Part shown: in pieces, positions 30,195 through 42,814 of the stretch
Position numbering within the stretch: the first letter of the stretch is position 1
How the letters are laid out: each line of letters opens with the position of its first letter
Assembly (NCBI GenBank): GCA_964016885.1
Contig: OZ024740.1
Span: 34,534,001 to 34,598,000 of the forward strand
Origin: Eledone cirrhosa
Lineage: Eukaryota
DNA length: 64,000 nucleotides
Direction: 5' to 3'
The notes under the pieces: generated by a model
What the model saw: the letters and a program-made list of their open reading frames with translations, nothing else
Databases searched by the model: none
What the model was told of the DNA's origin: nothing
Made by a program: the position numbers and the translations under genes

Positions 30195-30408
30195 AATAAT
30201 AATAATAATTGTTTCTACTTTTGACACAAAGCCAGCAATTACACAGTACATTACTGGTACTTTATTTTATCGACCCCGTAAGGATAAAATGTCAACTTTG
30301 CCTTCCATCTTTACGGGTCGATAAAATAAAGTACCAGTAATCTACTGAGTAATTGCTGGCCTTGTGACAAAAGTAGAAACAATTATTATTATTATCATTA
30401 TTATTATT
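30195..30408. mobile_element. Inverted pair of SINE 3' halves with outward-facing (ATT)n tails
   Basis: ~30207-30290 (minus) and ~30291-30382 (plus) both match the SINE 3' body. Confidence 0.75.
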
Positions 30409-33400
30409 GAATGCCATGGTTGACGGAGGCTCGGCTTTGTAAGGTATAATAAAATTTAACCAATATAACAATTGTAAATTGTTTAAAACTTTAACGAAAT
30501 TGTAGACAAAAACACCCTCCTCCTCGTGAGAGGGGTCTTTCTGTGCGATATTTGGCCCTTCGGGGTTAAATAACCGCCTTATTGGGGTTTTGTGCCCAAT
30601 ATTTATTTTAAACCAAAAAAAAACATGGCTACAAAAAAGAATTTTCACAAGTCACTCCCCCTCATTCCGTCTTCTTCTTCCTCAATCGTCACTACACCAG
30701 AGAGAAGATTGTCTCTCTACCTCCCTTCTCTAAATGTGTCTCTCTCCCTCCCTTCTCTTTCGCAAGCGACGCCAGTAAAGAAAAAGAAAAATATAGTTTC
30801 TGATAGTTTCCAAGAGCACGTGCAAAACCTGGAACATTTCTCCACGACGACGACAACGACGAAACATGTGTGCGGTAAATACGGAAACCCATTTCATTCG
30901 TCTGACGTCATGAATAATACCAGCCATAATAACAGCAGCAGCAGCAAGAGTGACAAGGAAAACAACAGTAGCAGCCGCAACAGCATCAGCAGCAGCATAA
31001 ACAACAACAGCATTAGCAGCAACAACAACATCAGCAACAGCAACAACAACAACAACCACAGCAACAGCGGCGGCGGCAGTCGTAGTACCAGCAGCAACAA
31101 CAAAAGTAATAGCAGCTCTGACAACAACAACAACAACAAAGAATAACCAATCTCGTTTGCAGATATTGCAAAGAACCTGGAAACCATCCTTATAACAAAT
31201 GAGGAATTACAGGAAGCAAAGATGGTGACGAAAACCGGTCACCGAGCAATCTGAAAGGCAGCCGAACAATTTTTCGAAACCCAACAGCACTGTTCGGTCA
31301 CGTACCGTACAGTAAGCACAAAATCCCGTAGGGTTGAAAGAGCCACAGAGGCTCAAATACAAAAAAGCCTTAGGGTCTGTGTGGCAGCGGAAAACGCATA
31401 TCACCCGAGGCAAGAAATATGCCACTGTGGGCGTGCTTTTTGCCACACCCCAGGAGGCAAAGGCTCAATCCTTAGTGACCCTAAGGAGCGAGGAAATGGT
31501 GTTGGTGCCCTCCTACTGCGGACAAAAAATTGTGAGGGTCAAACTGACCCACGTCCCTCCCGGGATGGCCCCTTCTTGGCTGGCCGCGTCTGTCCTCGTC
31601 GGAATCGAGGACAAAACAACTGTACTGCAAGTACAGAAAAAAGTACGAGAAGATTGGGTCGGCACCTCCATTGAGATGTTAATCCAAACCAGGAGTGCAT
31701 CGAAGATATCCCGGATGTGATAGACTTCGATAACGGCACTCAACTGCCCATAAGTGTTGAGGGCAAACGCCCGAAATGCTTTCGTTGTGGATCGAAGATT
31801 CACCTCAGGGCCTTCTGCAATGAGAAGACCCTGAGAAAGGAGAAAACCCCCCTTCTTCCGAAACCGGCTCCACTGCTACCAGCAACAGGACAGGCGGCAA
31901 CCAGGAAGGATAGGTCCGTGGCACCCATACCCACGCCACGGAAATCAAGAACAGCAACAGCAGTGGAAGTATTAACAACTACAACAGTAATACCAACTGC
32001 AGCTGCAACAGAGACTCCACTGCAAACATCACCAACAACAACAACAAGTGAAAGAGTGGAGCTTGTACCCCTCCCCGACCTCACAGAATCAGACATGGAG
32101 TGTGAGGTGGGAGAGAGATGGCAAAAGGTCGCAAGAAGGCACAAACGCAGAAGCAGCGCATCTTCGCCTTCGAAAAGGGAGGAAAGAAACGAAAAAAGGG
32201 TAAAGGCTACTGCAAAGAGACTTACAGCAGCAACACCACCAACACCATCACCACCCACACTAGCACCACCATCACCACCGGCGGCAACCCCCCCACCACC
32301 AACAACAACACCTTCAACACCACCACCACAAGCACCAACATCGCAAACACAACAACAAAACACACACACCCAGCAACAACGACAAGAAATAGCAGAACCA
32401 CACCCACCCCCAGAAAAACAAATGCACAGCAATAAATACACACAACAAGAAACTAATTACTTACATAATTGAACACACAGACATTTCACAGCACGACTAC
32501 ATAATACCAGCACCAATCAAAACACCAACGAACATAAGACTGGTAAGAATAGCACAGAAACAATACACAAACATTAAAACGAAATTCCCCAACGCAGTTG
32601 GTGATTTCAGAGACCTAGGGGGGACACTCAACCGGAGAGTATATTCGGATATACTCACAGAAGAGCCGACGACCAGCCGAAGGGACGATTCAACGGTCCC
32701 TTCACCAGACGATCAAGTGAAAAGGGATGGAGAAACCATCCTTCCTCTGTGAGAAGTAAGGTAAGTGGTCTTTCCCATCTTTTCCACTCCATTTCAACAT
32801 GACCTCACTCAGAATAGGCAGCATAAATGCGCGTGGCTTGGGGTCGTCATGGAAGCAGGGCCACCTGCTCAACGACCTCAGGTCACTAAACATAGATGTA
32901 GTGGCCATCAGCGAGACCAGAATCTCCGAAGCACGGGCCTTCGCAAGGATCTTCAGCTGCTACGATGTGTACGCGTCTCCCAGCCGTCATGGATCGGGGG
33001 GAGGATCTCGCCATACGGGCCATCTTCCTGGACCCAGAAGGTAAGTTGGTGGTGCTGGACGTGATCAGCGGAGAAGGGCAAGCTTTCAAGCTAGTGGCCG
33101 TCTATGCCCCGACAGGAGCAGGGCGGCCTGATTTCTTCCGGCGTCTGAAGACCTTTCTAGGAACGTCCCGCTCCTTAGTGTTAGTGGGCGACTGGAACGG
33201 GATCTTAGATGCACGCTGGGACCGTGTGGGATTAGCGGATAGGGGAGGAGGGTGCAAGTCTCACCAACCTGCTCAGGCGTTTTGAACTGTCTGACAGGTA
33301 ACGATTGGATTTCCCGAATGTGCCAATGTGGACTTGGGCAAATCGCATAGGGTTATGCAGATCATATCTAGATAGAGTATTTTGTAGGGAAATAGATAGG

Positions 33401-36400
33401 TCTAGCATAAGCCGTCCACAATTCAAGATAGTCAGCTACACGGACCACAAATTTGTGATCTCTGTGCTTGACTTAGATAGGCTTCATAGACGAGGACCCG
33501 GCTACTGGAAGCTAAACGCGTCCTTACCAACGCGCAAGGCTTACAGAGACCGGATTAGCGAACTAGTTAAGCGGGCGTTGACGGGGGCCATCGTCAACAA
33601 CAAGTGGTGGTTTGCTCTGAAAAGAGCGATTAGAATAGAGTCCATTAGGTTTAGTAAGGCCTTAGCAATAGAGAAAAATAGAGCAGAGGGAGAATTAGTT
33701 AGACAATTAGACGAGGCGCTTAGCAAAGGCATCGCGACCGACGTACTTGCGGCGAAGTTGGCCCTTGACCAATTCTTCAATGCAAAGCAAGAAGGCTGCG
33801 TTGTCAGAGCTAGGGTGCGTGCTCTCAGACACGAGGGGACGAAAGCCGTTCAATGGGCCCGAGTGGCGGAGGCGCGTCGTGGCAACAAAGCCACGATCCG
33901 GTCTTTGGTGGACCACGACGGGCGCATGCTACTCGATCCCGGGAAAATGTGTGAAGCTTTTCAGCGACACTTCGCCCAGCTGTTCGGGGGCAGCGGCGGG
34001 CCGAATCGAGGGATGGACTTTAGTGTCTACCTCGACGGACTGCCGCGGCTCTCGGCCACTGAGGCGGAGTGTTGCGAAAAGCCGATAACAGCCGCCGAAG
34101 TACGGGAGGCAATGACTGGCTGCACAAGGGGTAAATCGCCTGGTTTGGATGGTCTGCCCTATGACTTTACGTACAGATGCCAGATTTGTTCGGAGGCCTC
34201 TTGGCGGACGTCTACTGCAATTGGCAACAGAACGGGAGAATTCCCAGCTCTGTGAGCCGAGGAGCTGTGGAGCTGCTGAGAAAGAATCCGAACAAGGGGG
34301 ATAACAGATAATTTGAGGACAATAACTCTGCTAAACACAGAGTTCAAGATTTTGGCCAAGGTGCTAGCAAAGAGGTTGGCGCTTGTCGTTGGTGGTCTGG
34401 TGGGAGAGGCGCAGACATGCGCCATTCCCGACAGATCCACCCACGACAACCTCCACCTCATGCGATACATCGTAGAGAGGGTAGCTAGGGAACCTGGCAC
34501 GGGTGGGTCCTTGATCAATTTAGATCAGTCGAAAGCTTTTGATAGGGTCGACCATCATTACCTAGCGGCAGTCCTGAGGGCGGCTGGCTTTGGGCCCGTC
34601 TTCAGAGGCTGGATCGCTGCCATGCACAGCGACATCTGCTCTGTGGCGAGAGTGAACGGTCACCTTTCGGAACCGTTCAACATTATGCGCTCGGTCCACC
34701 AAGGATGTCCCCTCTCGTCCCTCTTGTACGTATTGAATCTCGAGCCATTACTGCACAAACTGGAGACGTTGAAGGGGGGGGGGGGGTCCCGCGCGAACTA
34801 GGATGCGGAAGATCCGTGTCAGCATATGCGGACGATGTCACCGTAGTGGTGTCGAACGCCAAACACATCGAGGCAATCGGCACTACACTAAGAGAATACG
34901 AAGCGGTGACAGGAGCAATGATCAACCAGGAAAAGTCAGTGGGCCTGCAGCTCGGCACCTGGAGAGGCACGTCCATGCCGTCCAACAGTGTCGTCGGGCG
35001 CTGAACGAACGGACCGGTTAAATTGCTAGGGGTCTGGTTCGGTCCGGACCTCCAGACGGACAAAAACTGGGACGAGGTGACGAGCAGGGTGGCTTCTCTC
35101 ACCCAGAAATGGGCGGAGAGGAAGCTATCCCTGAAAGGTCGAGCGGAGGTGGCTAACGCATACATCTCGTCCGTCATCTACTACCGCCTGACCTTCGTAC
35201 CTTGTCCTAAGCCCCGCCTGACTGCGCTGGAGCGTTTGCTCTTTCGCTTTTTGTGGAAGGGACGCGCTCCAATGGTCAGGCGGTCCATCTGCTGTCAACA
35301 CCCGCTACGTGGATGGCTGGCCGTGGCTGATGATGCGCAGACACGCGCTCAGGCTACGACATCTCCACCTCTTCCTCGACGGTGATCAGGTGTGGTCGCC
35401 GTTTGCTAGACACGTCTTTCCCCAGCTCGTCTCCTTGACGGAGCTGCAGTCCTGGGTCAAGCGAAGACCGAGAGGGAGCGCTTGGAGACTGGAATGTCTT
35501 CAGGCGCTCACAGCCCTCGACCAATCGGGCAATGTGATCGGTGGAAACTCCACCTTGGCGTTCTATAGGGGATTAGTGGAGGGGAAGAGCGACGACGTAC
35601 TTGGAGAAACTCTAGGCGTCGACGAAAATCAACTAGCCAATCTCTTCGGAAGGACTTTCGGGCCGGGGCCTATGGACAACTTCCAGAAATCCCTGGCCTG
35701 GCAGTGCTACCGAGGAGCTTTGCCAGTTCGGGATAAACTCTACAGGCATGGAGGTGGCGTCTGCCGGGCATGTCCGAGATGCGCACAGGGCGACGAAACC
35801 GTCCTGCACGCACTCGTCCAGTGTCCGAGCATTTCTGACTTGTGGGTTTATGTCGAACACCTGCTGTCACGTGTAGGACGGATCCAGCTATCAGCTGAGT
35901 CCATCGTGAGGGTTGCCCCGCCCTCTTCATTTGGCCGGAAAAGGCAGGCAGTTTTTATCTGTCTGGTAGCCATGGCGAAAGAGATAGTATGGTGGACACG
36001 TTTGAAAGGGCTGAAGACGAGCACTTACCTCTTCGGTGATGCCCTGATTAACTTTTTCAAATTTCATTTGAAAAGGAAAATCAGGGTAGAGAGGGAAGTG
36101 CTCTCTTCGCAGCATTTTATTGAAAGATGGGTGAGAGAAGCAAGTATGGCCCGAGTGAATGGGCCTACTCTGAGTATGTGTCTCTAAATTAAAGGTGGAA
36201 AACTGGGAGAGGGCACTTACCCTGGTGGTCAGGGTCACTGTGGCTTTTTAATGGGCTTTCTCCACAAATGTCCATCGGAAGTCTCCCTACTATTGGGGAA
36301 TTTTTCATTGTTATTTTTTTATTACATCCTCTGTTTTTTTTACACGCAGAAATGTCCATTTGTACCGTCCTGTATTGTCCTGTACTGTCCTTAATGTCTA

Positions 36401-36433
36401 CTTTATGTAAACCCTTGTGGTTAATAAAGAAAG

Positions 36434-36434
<1 letters not shown>
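30409..36434 (+). mobile_element. Full-length but frameshifted Tx1-like element, family B
   Basis: ORF1 from ATG 30625 (Ser/Asn-rich, knuckle CFRCGSKIHLRAFC). ORF2 32799-36187 has APE, RT (LDQSKAFDRV, QGCPLS, YADD) and a zinc finger. (ATT)n on both sides. Confidence 0.93.
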
Positions 36435-36464
<30 letters not shown>

Positions 36465-39400
36465 GGTCTAAGCGGACGTATTTTGCTCGTTCCCAGTAAG
36501 TCGCTTTATTTGCCTGTTAAAATTATTTGTTGTTAAATATTTCTTGTTGTGTAAGGGATATAAGCCCTTAGACTTTGCCCTGTGAAGGGGAAAGTATAAT
36601 ATTTGGGCAATTTGGCCCAAATATTTGAATTTTTTTTACATGTTAAAACATTTACGTAGAAAAAAAAACATGGCTGAGCCACGCCCCCAGCGATATGTCG
36701 GCTGTCGGCGACAACGACGTGGAAGTTGAGAGGAGTGCTACAGCGAAATTAACACAAATTGATAACACAAACACCACCACAAATAATGTAAACAAAGACA
36801 CCAATGATACCAATGAGAACTCTAATTTTGAAAAAAATGACAGTAACAGCGACAACGAAAATACAGATAACAAAAAAAAACAAAAATAACAAATGCACCA
36901 ACAATATCAACACCACTAACATGAAAACGAATAGCGACAACACCAACAGTAACAATACCAACTGCACCGAGAACAACGGTGGCAACAAAGACAACAATGA
37001 TAACAGCGACAGTGCTAACAACAACACCAAGAACAATGACAACGACCACAACACCCCCAACGAAAACAAGAAGAACACTTTCGCTGCGGCAGCAGCAAAA
37101 AAGAAGCCATGCTTCAACATGGACCTCTCAAACAAAGATGAAAAGTTGGCCCAGGCATGGAAGCTCATCAAGTAAGAGCAAACCTGGGCCAACTTAACTG
37201 TCCCGGTAGAAGCTATTGAGGTAGTGGAGCGCAGAACGGTGCATTATAGATGCATCTCAGCACAAACCAAAAGGGCAGCTTTAATCTCAAAAGAAGATGT
37301 TGAAGTCGCGCTGAGGTGCATCAGAGAAGACACCCAGTACATAGAGAGGAGCAGACAGTACGGCACGATTTCGGTGTTGTTCAAGTCAGAAGCCCTCGCT
37401 ATGAAACACGCTATGACTCCTTGCAAAACCAGCAAGGTCATAATTGTTTCTACTTTAGGCACAAGGCCAGCAATTAACCAGTGCATTACTGGTACTTTAT
37501 TTTATCGACCCCGTAAGGATGAAAGGCAAAGTCAACCTCGGCGGGATTTGAACTCAGATCGTAAAGGGACGTAACTATGCTGGAAAGCATGGCGTCCGAC
37601 CCTCCACCGATACTGCCAATCCACCGCCCTTGAAAGGTCATAATGTACCCCTCCCACATTGGAAAAAGAACGGCCCGTCTCCGCATTCCCAGAATCCCAC
37701 CAGGACTTGACATGTGGTGGCTTCTGGGATGTGTGATTGTGGAGGGGACGGATACCGTCCCTATAGAAGTGACCAGAACGGCCAGAGAGGACTGGTCCGG
37801 GGTTGACCTGGAGATCCTTCTCCAGATCAGGCCCGAGAATGTGAAGACAATCCCGGACCACATCCGCCTTCAGAATGGGACTGTCATTCACATTATGACC
37901 GAAGGCAAAAGGCCGCAGTGTTTTGTTTGTGGGGAAAAAACCCATTTGCGAGCCTTCTGCCCTCAACTGCTGAAAGAGGCAAGGGGTCGAAAGTCTCCAC
38001 TGCTGCCGACGCCGGGGCGAGGACCACAACCAACACCAGCACCGGCAAAACCACCACCAACAACACCAATAGAAAGACGACCACCAACATTGACCACCCA
38101 GGGGGGAAACGAGGAAAGCTGTCAAATCCCCCCCCCCCCCAAAAAAAAAAAATACACACACCAATAAAACCATAAACATACATACAGACACACTTACAGA
38201 CACAGACCCTTCATCTACCAGTAGTGAAAATGAGGGAAAACCAAAATCCCCCAAAATACAAAAAAGGAAACACAAAAATAAAAATAAAACTCAACAAAGC
38301 ACAAAAGCACCCACAATAAAAAACGCCGCAGACACCACCCACGCAAACATCTCTCCAATAACACCAAGATCAACACCACCATCCCCATCACCAGAATCCC
38401 CCAAACGCAAACAACCGAAACAGACGCAAGAACAAATATACACACAAACATCTGAAACCACAGACACCGCACTCACAATAAAACACAGATACAACCGAAA
38501 CAACACCACCAAAACCATCACCACCACAGCCACGCAAACAAATAAAATCACACCAACAAAACATACAAAACTTCGTGCTCGTCAGGAGGGCCAACAAGGA
38601 ACTGATGGCCCTCGTAGCACGAAGTGAAAATATACAAAAAGAGGGGGAAACTTTTAAATCGAGCACATTTCGCGTGCCGGAAGATTTGGTTGTGGTGTGG
38701 ATGTCGCTCGACATATTCAAAGAAATACGAGACAGCTTTCCTCGGGACGTGGGAACCCCGAACGTAAAACCTACTTCAAGACTTTTAAAGGGGTTCCCAA
38801 AAGAAACCCCACCAACTATGGAGGTCGAACAACCCGACCTTCACAAGAGCCCGGAAGGTAAGTAAACCTTCCTCTCTCTCTGTTTAACCTGCCAACATGG
38901 CCGTATTAAGAGTAGGATGTTTAAATGTTCGAGGCCTGGGATCGTCCTGGAAGCAGGGTCACCTGCTCAACGACCTCAGATCTATAGAAATGGATGTAAT
39001 TGCAGTCAGCGAGACCAGGATTTCCGACACGCGCGCACTAGCCCCCATTTTCGACGACTATCAGATCTTTCCCGGCTGGGAATGGAAGGCGGGTGGCAGT
39101 GCTGTTTAGGAAGGTCTTGGATCTCGAGGTAAGGTCGATCTTCCGGGACCCGGACGGGAAGTTGGTGGTCCTGGACGTGAACAATAACGAAGGTGGTGCC
39201 TTTAGACTGGTGGCTGTCTATGCTCCTACTGGGGCAGGACAGCCGGACTTCTTTAGACGCCTGGAAGCCTTTCTGGGTACGTCTCGCCCTTTACTGTTAG
39301 CGGGGGACTGGAACGGCATCTTAGACGCACGCTGGGGCTGTGTGGGAGTATCCGATAGGAGCGTGGGGTGCAAAAGCCTCAAGAACCTGATCAGCCAATT

Positions 39401-42400
39401 CCAACTGTCTGACAGGTACCGACTAGATTTCCCTAATGCGCCAGTGTGGACCTGGGCTAATCGCATAGGGTCATCTAGATCGTATATAGACAGGATATTC
39501 ATTAGGAAAATAGACAGAAATAGTGTAAGCTGTCCACGTTTTGAAACGGTCGCCTATTCAGATCACAACTTTGTGATCTGTATGGTCGACCTAGATAAGA
39601 CGCGTACGCTAGGACCTGGTTACTGGAAGCTAAACATGTCATTTCCGACACGTAAGGCTTACAGGGACCAGGTCAACAATTTAGTGAAGAAAAAGTTGAC
39701 AGGGGTGTGGTTGATGGTTGATGGTGGTGGTGGTGGTGGTGGGGGGGGGGGGGGGCTCTCAAAAGAGAGATTAGAGTAATGTCAATAGAGTTTAGCAAAG
39801 AAGTAGCGTTAGAGAAAAATAGAAAGGAGGGGGAGTTGGTAGATAAGTTAGACGAGGCTATTGGTAGTGGCATTGCAACTGATGTGCTAGCGGCGAGAAT
39901 GGCATTAGACCATTTCTTCATTGCGAAACACGAAGGTTGCATTGGCAGAGCTAGGGCGCGTGCTCTGAGAAACGAGGGAACCAAAGCTGTTCGATGGGCC
40001 CGCGTGGCAGAGGCGCAGCGTGATAATAAAACCACGATTCGGTCTTTGACGGACCGAGACGGGCACGAGCTGAGCGATTCCAAGAGGATGTGTGAGGCTT
40101 TTCGCCAACATTTTGCTCGGTTGTTCGGGGGAAGTGTCGTGTCAGAGATGGTGGCGGACTTCAGTCCCTACCTCGATGGCTTGCCGCAACTCTCGACGGC
40201 TGACGCTGGCGCTGCGAAAGGCCAATTACTTCAGCCGAGATTCAGGATGCCCTTGTCGGCTGCATGAGGCGCAAGTCACCCGGTTTGGATGGTCTGCCCT
40301 ACGAGATTTACGTAAATATGCCAGACTTGTTCTCCAATCTCCTCGAAGCCTTCTACTGCAACTGGAAGCAAAACGGGAGTATTCCCAGTTCTTTGAGCCG
40401 GGGCGTAGTAACGCTGATAAGGAAAGATGAGAACAAGAGGGACACATTAGACAATTTCAGGCCTATAACTCTGCTCAACACAGAGTTTAAGATTTTGGCC
40501 AGGGTGTTAGCGAAGAGGTTGACGCTTGTCGTCCGGTTGGGGAGGCGCAAACTTGCGCAATCCCAACCAGGACAATACACGACAACCTCCACCTCATGCG
40601 ATACATCATAGAGAGGGTAGGGTGTAAACCTGGCTTCGGTGGGGCTCTGATCAATTTAGATCAATCGAAGCATTCGATAGGGTCGACCATCGGTACCTGG
40701 AGGCTGTCCTCAAGGCCGCTGGCTTCGGCCCCGTCTTTTAGAAGCTGGATCGCACCTGCTCAATGGTGAGAATTAAAGGCCACCTCTCGGAACCGTTTCA
40801 GGTCTCCCGATCGGTCTGTCAAGGGTGCCCTCTCTCCTCCCTTCTGTACGTATTGACTCTCGAGCCTTTGTTGCGGAAGCTGGAGCTGTTGCAGGGCATC
40901 CCGCTCGAACCGGGACGCGGAAAGGCTGTGTCGGCTTATGCGGACAACATCACCATGATGGTGTCGGACACCTCAGAAATCGAGGTGGTCGGCAACTTAT
41001 TGGAGGAATATAAAAGGTTGACGGGAGCAAAACTTAACCCGGTAAGTCAGTGGGCTTGCAACTCGGCACCTGGAGAGGCAAGTCCAAGCCGTCCAACAGC
41101 GTCGTTAGGCGCTGGACAGACGGACCGGTAAAGTTGCTAGGGGTTTGGTTCGGACCAGACCTCCAGGTGGATAAGAATTGGGACGAGGTGACGGGCAGGG
41201 TAGCCAGTCTCACCCAGAAATGGGCTGGGATGAAGCTATCACTGAAATGTCGGGCGGAGGTGGCGAAAGCGTACATTGCGTCCGTCATCTACTACCGTCT
41301 GACCGTCGTCCCTTGCCCCCGTTCGCGCCTCGACATCTTGGAGCGGCTCCTCTTCAAATTCTTGTGGAGAGGTCAGGTTCCGCTGACGAGGCGGTCCATC
41401 TGCTGCCAGTACCCTCTACGTGGAGGGCTGGGCAAGCCGTGGCTAATGATGCGCAGACACGCGCTGAGGCTGCGGCATCTCCAGATATTCTGCCTAAACG
41501 GTGAACAGGTGTGGTCGCCGTTTGTCAGACGGGCCTTTCCGCAGCTCGTTTCTTCGACTGAGCTGCAGTCCTGGGTCAAGAAGAGACCGAGACTGGGTGA
41601 CTGGCATCTGGAATGTTGCCAGGCACTCATTGCCCTCTACTAGGCGGGCAATGCGGTCAGTGGAACTTCCACTCTCGAGTTCTATAGAGGATTAGTGGTG
41701 GGCAAGTGCGACGACGCACTCGGAGAGGCTCTGGGAGTCAACGAAGTCGAACTAACCAGTCTGTACCGGAGGACTTTCGAGCCGGGGATGATGGATAATT
41801 TCCCAAAATCCCTCGCTTGGCAGTGCTACCGGGGAGCACTGCCGGTTCGAGATAAACTCTACAGGCACGAAAGTGCTGTCAGACGGACCTGCCCGAGATG
41901 CGCGCAGAGCGACGAAACCGTTCTGCACGCACTCATCCAGTGTCCGTGCATTACTGACTTGTGGAGTTATGTTGAACAGCTGTTGTCGCGTGTAGAACGG
42001 ATCCGGCTATCGGCCGAGTCCATAGTGAAGATCGACCCGCCGCCTTCTTTTGGCCAGGAAGGGCAGGCAATTTTCCTCTGTCTGGTGGCAGTAGCGAAAG
42101 AGGTTGTATGGTGGACGAGGTTGAAAGGACTGAAGACAGACACTTTTCTCTTCGGCCAATCCCTCATCAACTTTTTCAAGTTTTACTTGGAAAGGAAGGT
42201 GAGGGTGGAGAGAGAAGTGCTTCCCCCGCCCAGTACATTTGCTGAAATGCGGGTGAATGTGGCGAGAATGGCCCGTGTGAGTGGGCCTATCCTGGTCATG
42301 CGGCTGTAGGTAGGTAAATTTAAGGAGGAGAGGGGTGCCCTTCCTGGGTGCTCTCGAAGCGTCGAGTCGTTCAGGACTGGTGGGGTAGCTGAGCGAACCC

Positions 42401-42583
42401 TAGGTGGTCATTCCCCCTATTGGGGAATTTTTTCTTGTAATTTTCTTGTTACTATATTGTTACTTTGTTATTGTTACTTTGTTATTGTGATTCATATTGT
42501 TTACTCGATTTTTCTGTAAAACCCCACTGTCCCAGTCTTTTGTATTGTCCCCTATATGTCGGCCCTTGTGGCCAATAAATGAA
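36465..42583 (+). mobile_element. Full-length degenerate Tx1-like element, family C
   Basis: ORF1 from ATG 36670 (Asn-rich, CFVCGEKTHLRAFC). ORF2 38897-42309 has APE/RT/ZnF with many frameshifts. Starts after (ATT)10 and ends AATAAATG(AAT)n. Confidence 0.92.
37445..37633 (-). mobile_element. tRNA-derived SINE inserted into family C ORF1
   Basis: Target-site duplication AAGGTCATAAT at 37434-37444 and 37634-37644. Confidence 0.9.
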
Positions 42584-42610
42584 ATAATAATAATAATAAT
42601 TATTATTATT

Positions 42611-42730
42611 TTCAAATCCAGCCGAGGTTAACGTTGCCTTTTATCCTTACGGGGTCGATAAAATAAAGCACCAGTAATGCACTGGGGGTAATTGCAGGCC
42701 TTGTGCCCAAAATAAAAACAATTATTATTA
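42611..42730 (+). mobile_element. 5'-truncated SINE
   Basis: Same SINE body, with ATT tail. Confidence 0.75.
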
Positions 42731-42814
42731 ATATTATTATTATTTTTATTGTTTTTTCCTTTTTCCTTCAGTATTGTGTCTGATATATGCCAAATGTCTT
42801 CCTGGCACCTAGGG

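Noticed and set aside
26928-32441. Gly/Val/Leu-rich ORFs suggesting membrane or structural proteins
   Set aside because: Antisense frames of Pro/Thr/Asn-rich Tx1 ORF1 regions.
30409-36434. Currently active autonomous LINE
   Set aside because: Multiple frameshifts, in-frame stops (e.g. ~35002) and a ~30-nt deletion near 33003; only some lie in homopolymers that could be sequencing errors.
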